Under the pieces are notes generated by a model. The model had not been told where the DNA came from and did not search any database. It saw only the letters and a list, made by a program, of their open reading frames with translations. A stretch of DNA of 64,000 nucleotides from Podarcis pityusensis (Eukaryota). The stretch is taken from the NCBI GenBank assembly GCA_964106645.2, contig OZ067042.1; one strand, 5' to 3'. A program made the position numbers and the translations under genes. Shown in pieces: positions 25,119-39,211 of this stretch (its first letter is position 1; each line of letters begins with the position of its first letter).

Positions 25119-25977
25119 CATCCTCCTCTTTAGGCACTTCAATTAGAATGTAAAAGAGGTACCAGACAAACACACTTGAATTTAGTGTGGTTTCCTATTG
25201 TGTCTAATGAGCAGATGCCATCTGCCCTAGAATATTTGCTTGTTAATTCTCAATATGTAGGGAGGGAGACCTGGAGGTGGGGCAGGACTCCTTCCCGCCT
25301 GCCATTTGGACAACCCAGTGTGTCTACACACTTTGCTAGGGGAAGGAGTAGACAGAATGAAATCCTGTTGAGATGCAGAAAATGAAACACTCTCTTTGTA
25401 TGGAGATGCACTTCAGAGTGTTTTCAAATGGGTACATTGGAGTATAGTGTTTGGATAATTGTGGTTAATACGTTTAGGTAGACCTACTGTGTTGATTTCA
25501 TGCATTTTATTTATGAAATGATTTTATAATTAAATGCATCATTATGCTCACCCTGTAACAACTGCAATGTTTCCATAGTAACTAATACATTTTAACTAGG
25601 AAAGAGAGACCACAAGCAAACAGAATATGGCAAATATTACATGATGGAACCACATGATCAAAAATTTCCTGTTTAGTCTGTTGCATATGTGTTTTCAGCT
25701 ACAACCTAGGCAGTAGCAAAGGTAAAACACACAAATGCATAAACATGCTGCGGACTTACAAAAATTAGAATTCTAAGGCCCAGTTCAGACATTCATTTAT
25801 GTGGAAACAATCTTGGTCTGGTGGAGTTGGCAGGTTTACAAGGCAGTCACTTGATATGCTTGATATCTGAAGGCAGCACTGTATAGGGAAGCTTTTTAAT
25901 GTTTCATGTTTCATTATGTTTTTATATGTGTTGGAATCTGCCCAGAGTGACTGGGGCAACTCAGATGGGTGGGGTAC

Positions 25978-26014
<37 letters not shown>

Positions 26015-28528
26015 GGAGGTTGCACAACTTGGACCTTCATATTCCAATCTACATGGTGGAATAATGTGTGCTGTTTTCCCCCCACCATATTTTGACTGTC
26101 ACCACCCAGATCTTGAGTTTCTGAACTGGGCCCAATATTGGTGTATGAAACTGCCTTGTGGCTACACAACTGTAACTATTAACCTAGGTAAATGCTGAAT
26201 CATTGAAGCAGCAGAGCTAGAGTTAAAAGAGGATGTTGGAATGTTACCATGTAAAGCAGGGATGGCTGACCTGTGACACTCCAGCTGATAGACTCCCAGC
26301 TCCCAACAGCCCCAGCCACTAAGGCATCAATGGTTAAACTCCTAGGAGTTCAACAACAATCTCTGATCCGTAGTAACTCAACTGCTCATGTAACTCACTT
26401 CTCATGTAACTGGTTTAGCTCCCATGCCATATTTTATGCCAGGCTCCAGTTGGTGTTCCTTTGTTTCTGTTTCTAGTAGAAAACAAATGCATATCCAATG
26501 ACCCTGAAGTCATCCCATGCCTGATATAAAGTATTGGTTAATCTGTGTATCAAATGATTTAAAGACTGTTTCAAGCACACTATGGCACTCTGCTGTTGAT
26601 TTAAAAGTGCCCAGGTTCTGCTCATGCCTGAAAGGAAGTCACTTCATGGTCTGTACCCCACCAAGAAACTTTCCATGCATGTGCAATGTAAGCGATACAG
26701 TCAAATATTGAACAGGTTTGAATAACAGTTTAGAATTGATTATAGCAGTTCAGTGTCTCCTAATCTCCGTTGTAAGAGTGAGCTGTGGGTAGCTGGTGCT
26801 GAAGAAACAACATTGTCCTTTCCAGTGTACTGAATAAACCGTTTCAAAATCGTCTTTGCTCTTTGTGTTTTAGTGCTCTGGGATGCTTCATTAATTTCTC
26901 TCCTAGAGGTAAGTTAGTGGCTGTTTGCCAATACTGTGTTAATAGATTTCTAGCTGAAGACATGAGAAAGATTAGTAAGTCCTTAAACTCTACATGCTGA
27001 TGGTCATCTATAATAGGAATTCCATGAATTCCTGGCCCTCACCTGCATTTCATAAATTGTGCTGTGTTCTTCAGACCAGATGGTAATTGTATACACCTGA
27101 AAAATGCAGCTCATGCTGGAGTGAACAGTAGTACACTATGACAGTTGCTTCTGATGATTTTAATGCATAAGAGGTACAGCCTGTTCAGTTCCGTGCCTTT
27201 CTTTACAGCTGGGATAAGACAGGTGTAGCGGCAGATAGGTGGTACATGAACTTAGTAAACTCGTTCGCCTTCAGCACTCTTCTCCCGTACTTTTTAAAGC
27301 AAAGCTGCTTCTCTCTCAACTGTCTCTCCCAATCCTTTTATCTGCTGAAAGTAACATATTCAAATTACATGGATTGTTGCAGTTGTTACGATTTAACACC
27401 AAATTTCTTCCCAGGAATATGTATTTGTTCATTTTGTGATGAAGTACAGGTGCCACCAATTTTGTTTCCTGTTTGCTTGGATAGCATGACTCATATTTTG
27501 GCAAAGTGTGTGTCTGCTATACTCATAGATGCTATTTCTGTGGTCCAACTATGACAAGTGGTTGCTGTGGTGAGCAAACAGGCTGAACAGAAATGAATGT
27601 CTGGTCCCCCCATTTAAATTGGATAGGTGCAGAGATCTTAAAAATCACACACAACTTCCAGGTTCAGTCTGCAAGTGGGTCCATCACAGCAGTGTCCTGA
27701 TTGCCATCAAAAGATTTCCATCTAGAACTGCAACTCAGAAGCAGCAAAATTGCTTAAATAAGATCTAACTCTGAATGTACAGGGTTGATCATTTTCTAAA
27801 ACCTTGAACCAACTCCCAGCCCTGGTCCCAGAGACCATGCATTTCACATAGCCAGTTCTCTTATTTTTAGGAAAATGGTAAAAATAATATTGTTCCTGAG
27901 GGTTTTTGCCTCTTTAGAACTTGGCTATAGTAGTTGTTTATAGATTAACAGCTGATGTGACTATTTGTGTCCAGTCTGCCATAGACTGTAACATTGAATA
28001 CACATTTCATCCCCTTTATTCTTGTGCTTAGCACTTTTTAACTAAAACTGATGTACAATATATTTGAGAAACTATGAAATAATGTCTGTAGCCATCTCTC
28101 ACTCCTTCTTCCCTTAACGTTCAAATGAAGGTTTTGTTTGGTTTGTGTGTATTTAATTTGTTTAAACGAGTTGGGGCAAATAATGTATTTGATTTATATT
28201 TTGTTTATTTTAAAAAAGAAACTACAGCACTTTTTTAAATTGTTCCAGGAGTCAGTGTGGTACCCTTAGGCACTTACCAAAGGTTTGACAGATGAGTGAT
28301 AGCAGAACAACTTCCATGAAAAAAACTACTATGAAACTTTCAGTATTCTGCGCATCTGTAGTATTAGAAAACACTTACGGTTCATACTGAGAGGCAACAG
28401 GTCTTGCTTTATGAACTGAGCTTTGACCTATTATGTAACCCTGAATTTGCAACAGAGAGAATACCCAAGGCCTAGCAGATGTGCAGGGGTTCCCCAAGGT
28501 AGAAAGGGGGGGGGGAACTCCTTCACTG

Positions 28529-28529
<1 letters not shown>

Positions 28530-28566
<37 letters not shown>
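28530..28566. repeat. (CA)n microsatellite
   Basis: Direct inspection. Confidence 0.98.
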
Positions 28567-28570
<4 letters not shown>

Positions 28571-28974
28571 AAGAAAAAAATGTAGCAGCAGTGATGGGTG
28601 TTCCAGTTTTCACCCTTCAACAGGAATATGGAAGTTCCCTCTCGAGATGAGTTACTCTTGCACAGAGATAGGGATCCTGTGGCTCTCTCCGTGTTGTAGG
28701 ATTCTATCAGTCCTAGCCAAGAAGGCCAAGACCCAGGGATGATGGGTGCTGTAGTCCAACATCTGGAGGGCCACTGAATCCCCATCCCCACTCTTAGCAT
28801 TTTCTTATCTTCATGCTCTCAACATTCTGTCAGTCCTGGCTTTTGTTTTCTGCTTGCTCACAGACTTCTGCAACCTTTGGAAAACCTGTCTATAAAAGCC
28901 AATACATTATTTTTCATTAGCCTTGTTTAGGTTCCAAACTGATGGGCACTCAACTGTCACAGATTGCTATTGTA

Positions 28975-29083
28975 TCATAGAAGGGACCATGAGAGTCATC
29001 TAGTCCAACCCCCTGAAATATAGGAATCTTGTACCCAATATGGGGCTTGAACCCACAACCATGAGATTAAACTCTCATGCTAT
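28975..29083 (-). mobile_element. tRNA-Lys-derived SINE with CR1-like tail, degenerate
   Basis: Reverse complement of the 39212 element. Confidence 0.75.
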
Positions 29084-29349
29084 TCATTATCCATAGGGCA
29101 GTGATGGAATTATGATTGTAGCATCATGGATTTGGTTCCCATTTTGCACATACTACATTGCATACTGGGGATTGAATGCCCATAGAATACTAATATTCCT
29201 ACAAAATAATAGTAAACCATTTTTATGTGATATGACATAACATTTTGATGTACAGCCAAAGGATGTAATGTTATGGGCCTGCGGTATGTTGAACTTCGTG
29301 ATTTTAAGTTCAGAACCACTGGAATACTGTGTAAAGAAAACAGCATCAT

Positions 29350-29363
29350 CCAGCAGATGGCAC
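29350..29363 (+). promoter_or_regulatory. candidate CTCF site CCAGCAGATGGCAC
   Basis: Full match to CCASYAGRKGGCRS; lies between the convergent 3' ends. Confidence 0.55.
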
Positions 29364-29754
29364 TCTTTGTATAAAAGTTCTAAATTCTTATTCCTAGCTA
29401 CTAGGAAGTAACATAATATTGTGGGACCAGAATTTATGTGCGGCTTCCTCTCATTTTTGAATAAACAGTTATTCCACCAGAGCTAAAAGATGTTTTTAAA
29501 AATGACACAGAAAAGAGGCAAGACTCATTCTTGAACTGTGACCCAAAGGAAAGTGTTTAGATTCAGCTGGAAGCAGTATCAATCAAAAATGCTCAAGTGT
29601 GTGGCGAGAAAGCCCGTCATAATCCCCTATCTTGGAGATAGCCAGTGAAATCGACTATTGCACTTCAGGAGCCTAGCTAACGTTTGTTACTACTGTTTTA
29701 AATGACTGCATCAGAACAGTAATGTAAGATTTAACAACAACCATTAGCTGAAAT

Positions 29755-29870
29755 AGCCTAACCCACCTCACAGGGTTGTTGTGAGGCTAAAATTGGGAGG
29801 GGAGAATCATGTACACCACCTTAAGCTCATTGGAGAAAAGGACAGGAGATAAATTTAATAATAATAATAA
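29755..29870 (+). mobile_element. MIR/CORE-SINE-like 3' fragment
   Basis: CACCTCACAGGGTTGTTGTGAGG core followed by a (TAA)n tail. Confidence 0.6.
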
Positions 29871-30401
29871 AATCTTCTGCATTCAAGGGGAACCCTCTAG
29901 CCACCAAAAATGGTGGGAGAGCTCTCAGCACTGCTTCCAGATGCAGGCTGGTCCCTGGTGAAGGCAGAAAGCTGTGCTTTAGCTGGGCCACATACAGAAT
30001 TTTTATAGGTCTAGCAATGACTCAAACACAGTAAGCTGTTAACAGAAAGAGTGGATTCCTAGCCGGAGCCAAACAGGGTGAGCTTTCTACTCCATTGTGG
30101 TCTGCTTTTGGGCTTGCTTGCAATACCTGTATGACTACCATCAAAAGTGGACTAGGTTGACATTTGGTTTGCTACAGCACAAATACTGCTACCGAGAATC
30201 GATGCATAGCTTCATTGTTAGAACTCTTGATTAGGTTCCATCACTTATCTGGGTAGTCATGCAACTCTGAGAGTAGAAGAGCATGTACCCAGACATGGAA
30301 CATTTGGACCTCCATGCAAAGTACCTGCTTCATAAATATCACCCCACCTGAAGCCATTGCACATTTCTGCCCAATGTGCCCATGTCATATTCCTTTTCAT
30401 G

Positions 30402-30610
30402 GGTAAAAGGTAAAGGTAAATGACCCCTGGACAGTTAAGTCCAGTCAAAGGCAACTATAGGGTTGCAGCGCTCATCTCGCTTCAGGCCGAGGGTGCTGAC
30501 GTTTGTCCACAGACAGCTTTCTGGGTCATGTGGCCAGCAAGACCAAACCGCTTCTGGTGCAACAGAATACCATGACGGAAGCCAGAGTACACGAAAATGC
30601 CGTTTGCCTT
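30402..30610 (-). mobile_element. Sauria SINE, 5'-truncated
   Basis: AAAGGT tail repeats and body GGGTCATGTGGCCAGCA. Confidence 0.85.
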
Positions 30611-32019
30611 TTATAATGTGGTAGATGAGAATACAAATGCTTAATTCCATCCCGCCTGCCCCCAGGCTATCACTAGAGTTATAGGAACTGAACCTTAGTA
30701 CTGTAGCTTCCCAGATCTGAAAGAGATGGTATTCAAGAAAAAGATGCACCCTTTACTTCCTTGGCAATACTTGGAACTGTAATAACTGGCTAGGTAGTAT
30801 AGTCTCTGTATTGTTTCTAGGCCAGGCAGAAGTCCTTCACCCCAGCTTGCTTAAAGATGCAAATGGCTCCCTCAATGAGTTAGCAACTGCAACAGCGTCA
30901 CCCCCTGCCTGCTCAAGGAACATGGGGAACCCAAAGTCCACCAGGTATTACTGGACTACAATTCCCATCATCCCTGCTCACTGGTTATGCAGGTGGGACT
31001 CCACAGCTCCTTTTATGAACTTAATTGCTTCCAATGCTTACTGCTTTGTAAGGAAATGTATCTCAATGAGCAAATACATCACCACAGGTTCCATGCCTGG
31101 CCTCTCTGATTAAAAGGAACTCAAATCATAGGACTGAGAGATTGCTGTTAAAGGAAGGTCTTGGAATTTTACTGCAAGTCAGAGGTGATTCCGGGCTAGA
31201 TGGACCTGTGGTCTGACTTAATATTCATCAGCTTTATGTGTTCAAATGAACAAGTAAGATTCAAAACTGACCCAAAACTTTTTATTTTCAGTCAAGTTCT
31301 GGCAACTGCCGTTACTTCCATTCATGCATCAAGGATTCTTCTTCGTTGTATTTTGTTTAAAACGATGCCTACTAGTTTCATATACAGAACACGCACATTA
31401 TTAAGCACCCTGATTATGTAAACAAATCAAAATTTCAATAGAACTAAAATTTGGTTCCTTAAAATAAAAAAAGTAGTAGTAGTAAATTTAGCATCTCTCC
31501 TGATTGGCTGATAAAGCATTTTTAAGTCAGGAGTGCGAAGTGTGGCACGTAGATCCATACTGTGGAGGAACAGAAGCAACATCCAATCTATTGACCTGGT
31601 TTGCATAATTAAATTAATTGAATGCATGATAGAAACTTTTTTTCCCCACTGCCAAAATGGTCACACTCTGGCCCACACCACTTAGGTTTTGCATTATTTT
31701 ATGGCATTGAAGAGACATGTTACATATCACATACTCAAGACCCCTGCAGGATCAAGTTGCTTGAAAGTCTCCCCTCAGTCATTTGGCTTGAAGGTGGGGA
31801 GGAAGAGAGAGCTTAGCTTTTACCAACGATGGTAAACAGTCAGCCCTGTTTAACCGATCCAATAGCATGCATATTTTTCACAGTGACAAAGTCACTAAGA
31901 TATTCTCCCTCAGTAGGGTTGTAGTTGGTGTTTTGTACCTGTGAATCACAACTGTACTGGTGGGTTTCCCTTTTTTGGATTTTGCTGAGCTACAGGTGAA
32001 CATACATTGTGGTCTCTAC

Positions 32020-32724
32020 TTAGCTGTTCATCAGTCCTTTCAGTATATCCTCCGAGAGCTCCAACAGAGGGAGCTCGGGGGATGGAATGTCCAGAGGCGG
32101 AAGGCTGGGTATCGGAATGTCCTTGGCCTTACCGGCATTCGTTGTAAATTTCTGCCAAGTTGAGGCTGACGCGGCAGCAGTTTCCGAATGCTGCTGCAGA
32201 CCCCACAGCTCTGACTTCTCTACAAAGTCGGCATCGACATCTAGCTCCTTTTCTAGGGGGGATTTCAGGAGTCTGGCCCTCTCAGCTTTTAGCTGCTTGT
32301 TCTCTCGCTTCAATCTCTCGTTTTCAGCTAAGAGAAAGTCCACGTGCCGTTCTAGAACGGCGATTTTGGTGGCCTGCTCCTCAATTTTTGTCTTGTCGTC
32401 CTTGGGGGTTTTGCTTCCAACGCACACTTCCAGTGGCTCCTTTCTTTTCTGAAACAGGAACAGTAGTGTGTCGGGGTCCCTATCCAAGACACCGTGGATT
32501 GCCTGTGCATCCTTCTCTGGGGAGGGGCTGTACTTCAGGCTAGCGGGAGCTGCCACATTTTGGTCATCAAATTCCTCAGCTGCCGGCTTTGATGAAGCAC
32601 TATCCTTGTCCACAGCCTGCTGTGTCTTTAGCCTCTCTTCTCTTTTTGCTCTTTTCCATCGCTCTTGGATAAGTAGAATCTGTTTCAGGTGGCTCTCCCT
32701 TTGTAATTCCAATGATAACTGGGC
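32020..32724 (-). CDS. NRBF2: NRBF2 exon 4 (end of MIT domain, coiled coil, C-terminus ...[12 protein letters not shown])
   Basis: Acceptor ttttccacag. Contains [33 protein letters not shown] and [14 protein letters not shown]...[15 protein letters not shown]. Confidence 0.97.
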   Translation of the reverse strand, partial: AQLSLELQRESHLKQILLIQERWKRAKREERLKTQQAVDKDSASSKPAAEEFDDQNVAAPASLKYSPSPEKDAQAIHGVLDRDPDTLLFLFQKRKEPLEVCVGSKTPKDDKTKIEEQATKIAVLERHVDFLLAENERLKRENKQLKAERARLLKSPLEKELDVDADFVEKSELWGLQQHSETAAASASTWQKFTTNAGKAKDIPIPSLPPLDIPSPELPLLELSEDILKGLMNS

Positions 32725-33256
32725 CTGTGGAAAAGACAAAAACAAGGGATGAGTTTCTCACCATTAGAGCCACCCTTAATTAGCCTTGGATATAACAAGA
32801 GAAATAAGGTTGGTCGAATATCGTCCAATGGTGGTAAAGTGTTTTTAAAGCATTTACTTCATTAGAGAAACAGTATTAAGCATCATTTATGGCACTACAT
32901 AGATTCTGGTCCTGGAAGGCAGATGCACAGTGCAATCAACTCCAATGAAGCTATTATAGCTTGACAGCAATTGTCAACTATTTTTTACAAACATTTCCTA
33001 ACATTTTAAACAAAATAATATTAGTAATTCCACAAATCACCTTCTAATGCCAACTATTTTCTAGAACCCTGGCCAGTGAAGGATACAGAAGTGAAACAGC
33101 ATCTGCATCCTCTTATCACACATCTCTCCCCAACCATTTCTTGCCTTTTCAGAATGTAAGCTGGGGGTAGGGTGGGGTGTCCTAGTCAATTTTATGGTTA
33201 TAGAGATAATGACTCAATACTAGGCTCGCTCACTGTATTTTGGAGTGTAATCTCAC

Positions 33257-33297
33257 CTGATCCGATTGTGTCAGCTTCATGGCCTCCAAGAGATATG
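33257..33297 (-). CDS. NRBF2: NRBF2 exon 3 (AYLLEAMKLTQSDQ)
   Basis: 41-nt exon with ttattcag/gtgaga boundaries, phase 1-0. Confidence 0.95.
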
Positions 33298-33911
33298 CTG
33301 AATAAACCACAAAATGAGAAATGTTTAGGTCAAAGAGAAGTCACATTGAGTTTAGGTACAATGATCGCTTCACAGACATTATCCAGATATGTACACTGTG
33401 ATCCCACTAAGTGTGCCTATGACCGTAAATCTACTGCAATATTGATGAAGACAAGATTGACACAACACCCCCCCCCCCACACACACAGAGACCTTAAAGG
33501 GGTTGTGTCAAGGAGCAAGTGATTGGAGAAACACTTTCTTGCAAAAAGACCTCTTAAACCTAACATGTACTGCAGTTTGGCAGCCAATGCCCAGTTTTGG
33601 CACTTACTTAGCCACCATGTAAGAGGCTCCACTGCTCTAACGTGGGATATTCAAGAGAGATAATTGCATTATGTCCTTGACTACTGATTTTCTACAACCA
33701 CCTTGATCTTTATGTATTTTAGTTCCGCGTGCACATGTAGACAATTAACTTTTCTTCTGTATAAGGCTTACACCAACTCCCAAGACAACAAACTTCTGCC
33801 CCAGCCAGGACAATCATGCTTTGGCGCTGAATAGATGATTGCTACTAAGGCGTACTTCAAGGACAGTGTTTTCACACAAGCCATACAATGCTCTTTTTGT
33901 TAAATACGCAC

Positions 33912-33996
33912 CTGCTGCCTTTTTGTGACAAGAAATTGCTTCTTCGTACTTCCCCGCTGTCAGCAAACGGTCAGCTTTCCTGCTCTGCTGATGAGC
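33912..33996 (-). CDS. NRBF2: NRBF2 exon 2 (AHQQSRKADRLLTAGKYEEAISCHKKAA)
   Basis: 85-nt exon with ttgaag/gtgcgt boundaries; MIT-domain helix. Confidence 0.96.
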
Positions 33997-36900
33997 CTTC
34001 AAAAGAAAAACAAACTTTTTAATTATTGGCATTTTTTACTATTATTTAAACATCTCTAGTTACTTCAAACTTTTGCATGAAACGGACATGTAGATACACA
34101 AAAGGCAGGCAATGCAACAGAAACGTCAGCTGTCTCAGGTTCTGTGTAAGATAGCTTGGCCCCTCAGTATAGAATTATCATAAAGCTGATTGCTTAGGTC
34201 AAGTTTGCCTCTGTGATAGCCTTAGGTATTTTCACACCTGCATGCATAACAACAGTGCTGATGTACACACACTGGATTGCAGTTCATGTATTTTAAAAAA
34301 TGTTAGACAGTGAGCAAACGAAAATGGTGTGCCTGGCCTCATTTAGACATAGGGTGTGTGTATTGCATCTGACTGCCACATGCAGTTTGAGCCCTGAAGT
34401 GAATTATTAGCTGAAGCTTCTTCTTCCTTCATCTGATTCTTCCTCTTTCACATTTCTAAGCTAAGAATTAATAATCGCCTAGAGGGTAATAAAAAGGCAC
34501 TAAGGTTCAGTGGAAAGGGCTGCATACTGAGCAACTCTGAGGAATGCAGCTCTGACCAATAGCACACCAGCTATTTCTCCAGTAACAATCAAATAGTGCA
34601 GTTATAAGGGGAAAATACAGCCAATTTAAACATACATTTCTGCTTGAAAATTACAAAAAATAATAATATGTATAGTCAGTCACAGGCATGATTTAATTAC
34701 AAAACACTTCAGTGTTACTACAGCCTGACCCTTCCTTTTTCTGAGGAAAGAGAAGTGCAAGACAAGTGAATGTATTTGTTGATGAGTGAATGCTAAGACC
34801 CTTTGTGAGATGCACATTCTAATGTCATGGTAGCTAGAGGAATCAATTTGAGTCTCAAGAAAGACAGGCTGCTATGGGAACAGAAAACATCAGCATGTAA
34901 CTTTGTCAGAAGAGAAACAGGAGATATTGAATTGAATTTATTATTTCGGTCATAGAACAGTTCCAGCAACAGGAGATATTATTCTTAGGTGGGTTTTTTG
35001 TGGGTTGATTTTTATTTATTTTTTAGAGGCAGGCCCTGAATACAGTTTATGCAGCTGTTCTGTCCCTCTACTTGCCACATACGGTGTTAGGGAATTTCTG
35101 GCAGCAAACACAGGAGTTGATGTTGGCAGATTCCAGCAGCAGAAAGTACCTGGCTCTCCTTCACAACCAAGAACATCCCAGTCAAAGCACACTAAGACAG
35201 CTGCTCTGCAACAGGTACGAGAAGAACTAAAAAAATAGAGCAGCAAGAACAGTAACTGACACTTTGCAAGAAAAAAATTGAGGATTTCCTTTGAAATCAT
35301 GCTGCCAAGGACTACAAAGTTTGATGATGCGGTGAGACAAGCTAGCAGATTTACAACAGGGATAAAATGAATATGAGATAATGGATGCTGTTTAGTAGCA
35401 GCATGCTATTGCTGACAAAAAATACATAGATCTGGAAGAGATCATGGATGTCCTTTAGTTAATAGATTGCACCTAGATTGTGAATATACTGAGTTTATGT
35501 GAGAGATGCATTTACTGTTCTTGGCCTATTCTTACATAATATATAAACAGAATAATTATTTTGGGTGGGATGCAACTAAGTTTTACTCAGAGTAGCCCAC
35601 TGGCCTTGCTGGCTGGGGCTGATGGGATTTGGGAGCCAAACAACCTCTGGAAGGCCACAGGTTCCCCCTGGCTTAGTCCTTGTTGCCTTGTTCCTAGGCT
35701 CACTGTTCCTCCTCAAGAGCATGGTGTTTCCAAAATAATCCAGACCCATCCAGGACAACCCCAAGACTCTCAGTGTTCCAAAGATTGCCTGAAAGGTGCT
35801 AGGCTGCTCGTAGTCTTGCACATCACATGCCAAGACTGCATTCTGCAAAGAAGTAGTGTTACTGAGCCACCTTGTACTCTCATGACATGTTGGAACCATT
35901 TACTCATGTAGAAGGATTTCCTATTCAACACCCCTACAAATGGCTGCAGAAATAAAGAACGTGAATGGTAGTTTTACCACGTCAAAAATATGAAATAGTG
36001 CCACATTTGGACTGCACATATGAGGGTTTACATGCCTGTAAAACCCCATGCCTTGGGATAGTCCAATCTATGCTGTGAAGCACCCTGAGATCTGTGGATG
36101 AAGGGCAGTATACTACTACTACTACTACTAATAATAATAATAATAATACCAACCGAAAGAGGCTGGCTGGCTTAAAACTATGCCCTACCCACTGGCCCTC
36201 TAGCTGCCCAAGCAAACTATAAACTTTGCATTTGCCATTTTGGTCACCTGAGCTTCAGTTGAGCCACATATGCTTTGCGTTTGCCAAACTTGTTTTCTGT
36301 TTTGAAGGAACTTTGTTATTGCATGCCTCTTTCCATGAATCATGTGTTGCTGCCCTCATTGCGTCATCACATCCTGATTCTGTTTAGATAGCAAACTCTT
36401 CATGATTTTGACAATGGGTGGCACTTTAACCTGGCTCTTGACTTTGCCCTTAGATAGATGCCCTCTTTCTACATGATTCAAAAGTAACTTGTGGTCTTGT
36501 AGTTCTTTTATGACTCTTTTGTGACTTATTCATACAAATTGTGGCTAAATATTTATGCTTCTTTAATCTCGCAAGCTTTTTAGATATGGTGCTAAAGCAA
36601 AGGAAAGAGAAATGCCACAACTTGTACTGATTACCATAGAACTGAATGGAGGGAAGCAATTCTATTGCTCCTTCATGTTATTACTACTTTTCCTTGACAA
36701 GCTACCACCTATTTTAGTCCACATCTTCTTAAACCTAAAAAGAGACACTGAACTCTGCAGATTGCATATGGTTTTGCTGGTCTACAGCCAAAGTTGTAGT
36801 TGGACTGAAGCCCAAGTATTTTGTGAAGCTTCTGAAGCAAGCATACTTAAATCAGCACTAGATGGCAACTGGCTCCATCTATCACAGCAGGCTCACATAT

Positions 36901-37162
36901 AAAGCAAATGTGTTTTGCATTCCTGGCCATGCTGTCAAATTTGCTGACAGTTTAATAACCCTTCCAAGCCAGCAACATTTTGTTGTAAGCCCAATAAAAC
37001 TACTCAGTACTAGTGGGCATCCAGATGCAATCTATTACTTCTAACAGTCGGTTCTATTTATTTCCTCTAGACACTGAACCTGAGGGCTGCATTGCACACA
37101 ACTTTCATACTAATGTAGGAGAAACTTATATCTATGTACACTGTAAAGTGTGAAGACTGTAG

Positions 37163-37227
37163 TCATCTATTTAACAATAGACACTCATCTATTTAACAAT
37201 AGACACTCATCTATTTAACAATAGACA
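37163..37227. repeat. 22-bp tandem repeat TCATCTATTTAACAATAGACAC x3
   Basis: Direct inspection. Confidence 0.95.
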
Positions 37228-37341
37228 ATACACACCAGCCTGCTTAAGCCCAGTAAATTGATTTGTGGATTCTGTAAGATTTGAATGGGGTACCTTTAGC
37301 TTATAGCCACTATACTATACCAGTGCAGTAAGAATCACCCA

Positions 37342-37714
37342 GGACACGGGTGGCGCTGTGGTTTAAACCATTATGCCGCTTGGACTTGCCGATCTGAAGG
37401 TCGGCAGTTTGAATCCCCGTGATGGGGTGAGCTCCCATTGCTCAGTCCCAGCTCCTGTCAACCTAGCAGTTCGAAAGCACGTCAAAGCGCAAGTAGATAA
37501 ATAGGTACCGCTCCAGCAGGAAGGTAAACGGTGTTTCCGTGCACTGCTCTGGTTCACCAGAAGGGGCTTAGTCATGCTGGCCACATGACCCGGAAAAACT
37601 GTCTGTGGAAGCGGACAAACGGCGGCTCCCGCAGCCTGTAAAGCGAGATGAGCGCCACAACCCCAGAGTCGTTCGCGACTGGACTTAACTGTCAGGGGTC
37701 CCTTTACCTTTACT
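37342..37714 (+). mobile_element. Sauria SINE, full length, in NRBF2 intron 1
   Basis: GGACACGGGTGGCGCTGTGG head, B box-like GTTTGAATCC, CCTTTACCTTTA tail. Confidence 0.9.
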
Positions 37715-38469
37715 TTTAAATCAAACAAATTCTGAATTGCATGTGGTACAGATTTTCTAAACACAGTACTTTGACTTTTCAGCAATGCTGATCAAATACC
37801 AACCATGTAACAAAGGGAGAAGAGCTGCTTCACACCTAATTATTTTTCATACAGAGATGTAGGAAAGGTATTAGGATACACTTCTGTAAAGACAACTGCC
37901 ACACATTTTGCTGTGTGGTACATGAAGTAGAGTTCAATTCAATGCATTAAAGCAAACTGTTCTCTCTAGTGTTTTCTATTTCTATTCAGTGTCCACCACA
38001 CAAAAAGATGGTTGATAAATAGTGGCAAAGGTGACCATCTCTTCACCTCTATAACAAGCAGATAACAAATCTGATCTCTTTTGACAGGGCTGTTGCAAAG
38101 GTAACACAGGTGACTCAGCTTACACTGGGGTTACTTTCCAGAGGTGGCGCCTAAAGCAAAATTGTGTATGGTCTAAACACAATGGGTTCAATGGCAGGTG
38201 GGAATTCTAAAGTTTTTCCCCCAGTCCCCTTTCCATTATTTTTATTTGCCAAGCACATTAAGCTGAATGCGAACTAGTTAAATTCACATTAGTTGTGAGT
38301 TACCTGTATATGTGGAGCATTTTAAATGCTCAAAAGCATCTTTTAAGTATTTGTGTACACCTATATTCATCCACAGATGGTGCATCTTACTATGCACCAG
38401 GACCAAACCTGGCCTTCTGAAAGCACTGCCTCCTCGCAGTTGCCAACCAAAAAGCAACTGTGTCTATGG

Positions 38470-38581
38470 CAAGGTTACCAGATGTCGGGACAGTCCCCGG
38501 ATTTACAAATCAGTCCCCATACAAAATCCACTGAAGTTGAAAAATGTCCCCAGATTCATTGAAAAAAATCTGATAACCTTA
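38470..38581. mobile_element. short hAT-like MITE
   Basis: TIR-like AAGGTTACCAGAT / ATCTGATAACCTT; TSD imperfect. Confidence 0.55.
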
Positions 38582-39211
38582 GCTATGGTGGCTAAACTCA
38601 GCGGCAGGAAACTTCAGGAGGGTTGGGATTTTAGCCCATTGCAAATCCTTCTTAAAGTAGTCCTCTAGTAAAATCTGGTCCAACTGGATCAGCACTGCAA
38701 GGGTGCCTTTAACATAGCAGATGGTTCCCACAAGCCCTTGCCCATTATTTGCCCACAGCATCTAGTATTCAGTACACATCTATTTAACTATGATGTCTAA
38801 ATTAGCTACTGACTGCAAAAAGGCGTGTACATGAAACCTGGATTTTCTACAAATCAACCTGCAGGAACCTGAGGCCCTCCAGATGCTGTGGGACACCAAC
38901 TGCATTAACCCTTACCACTGGACATGCTGGCTGGGGCTGAGAGGAGATACAATCTATGGAGGGCCTCATCCCTTGTTTGGAAGAATAGAAGTTTCATACA
39001 AACTGATAAAAATAGAAGTGTCATACAAACATTGACCTGGAATAGCTCAGTCATAGAATCACAAAACTGTAGAGTTGGAAGGGACCCGAGGGTCATCCAG
39101 CCCGACACCCTGCAATGCAAGAATATCGACCCGTGCCCTCCCCCATCCATTTCAAAGCCATACTGGACCCTGGTTGGCTTTGCAAATGTGCTAGCAGTCT
39201 TACTGCTGTGC

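Noticed and set aside
32087-32752. antisense ORFs over NRBF2 exon 4
   Set aside because: Shadow frames of a real coding exon.
38138-38150. CTCF-like CCAGAGGTGGCGC in NRBF2 intron 1
   Set aside because: Only the 3' nine bases fit the consensus; too weak without data.
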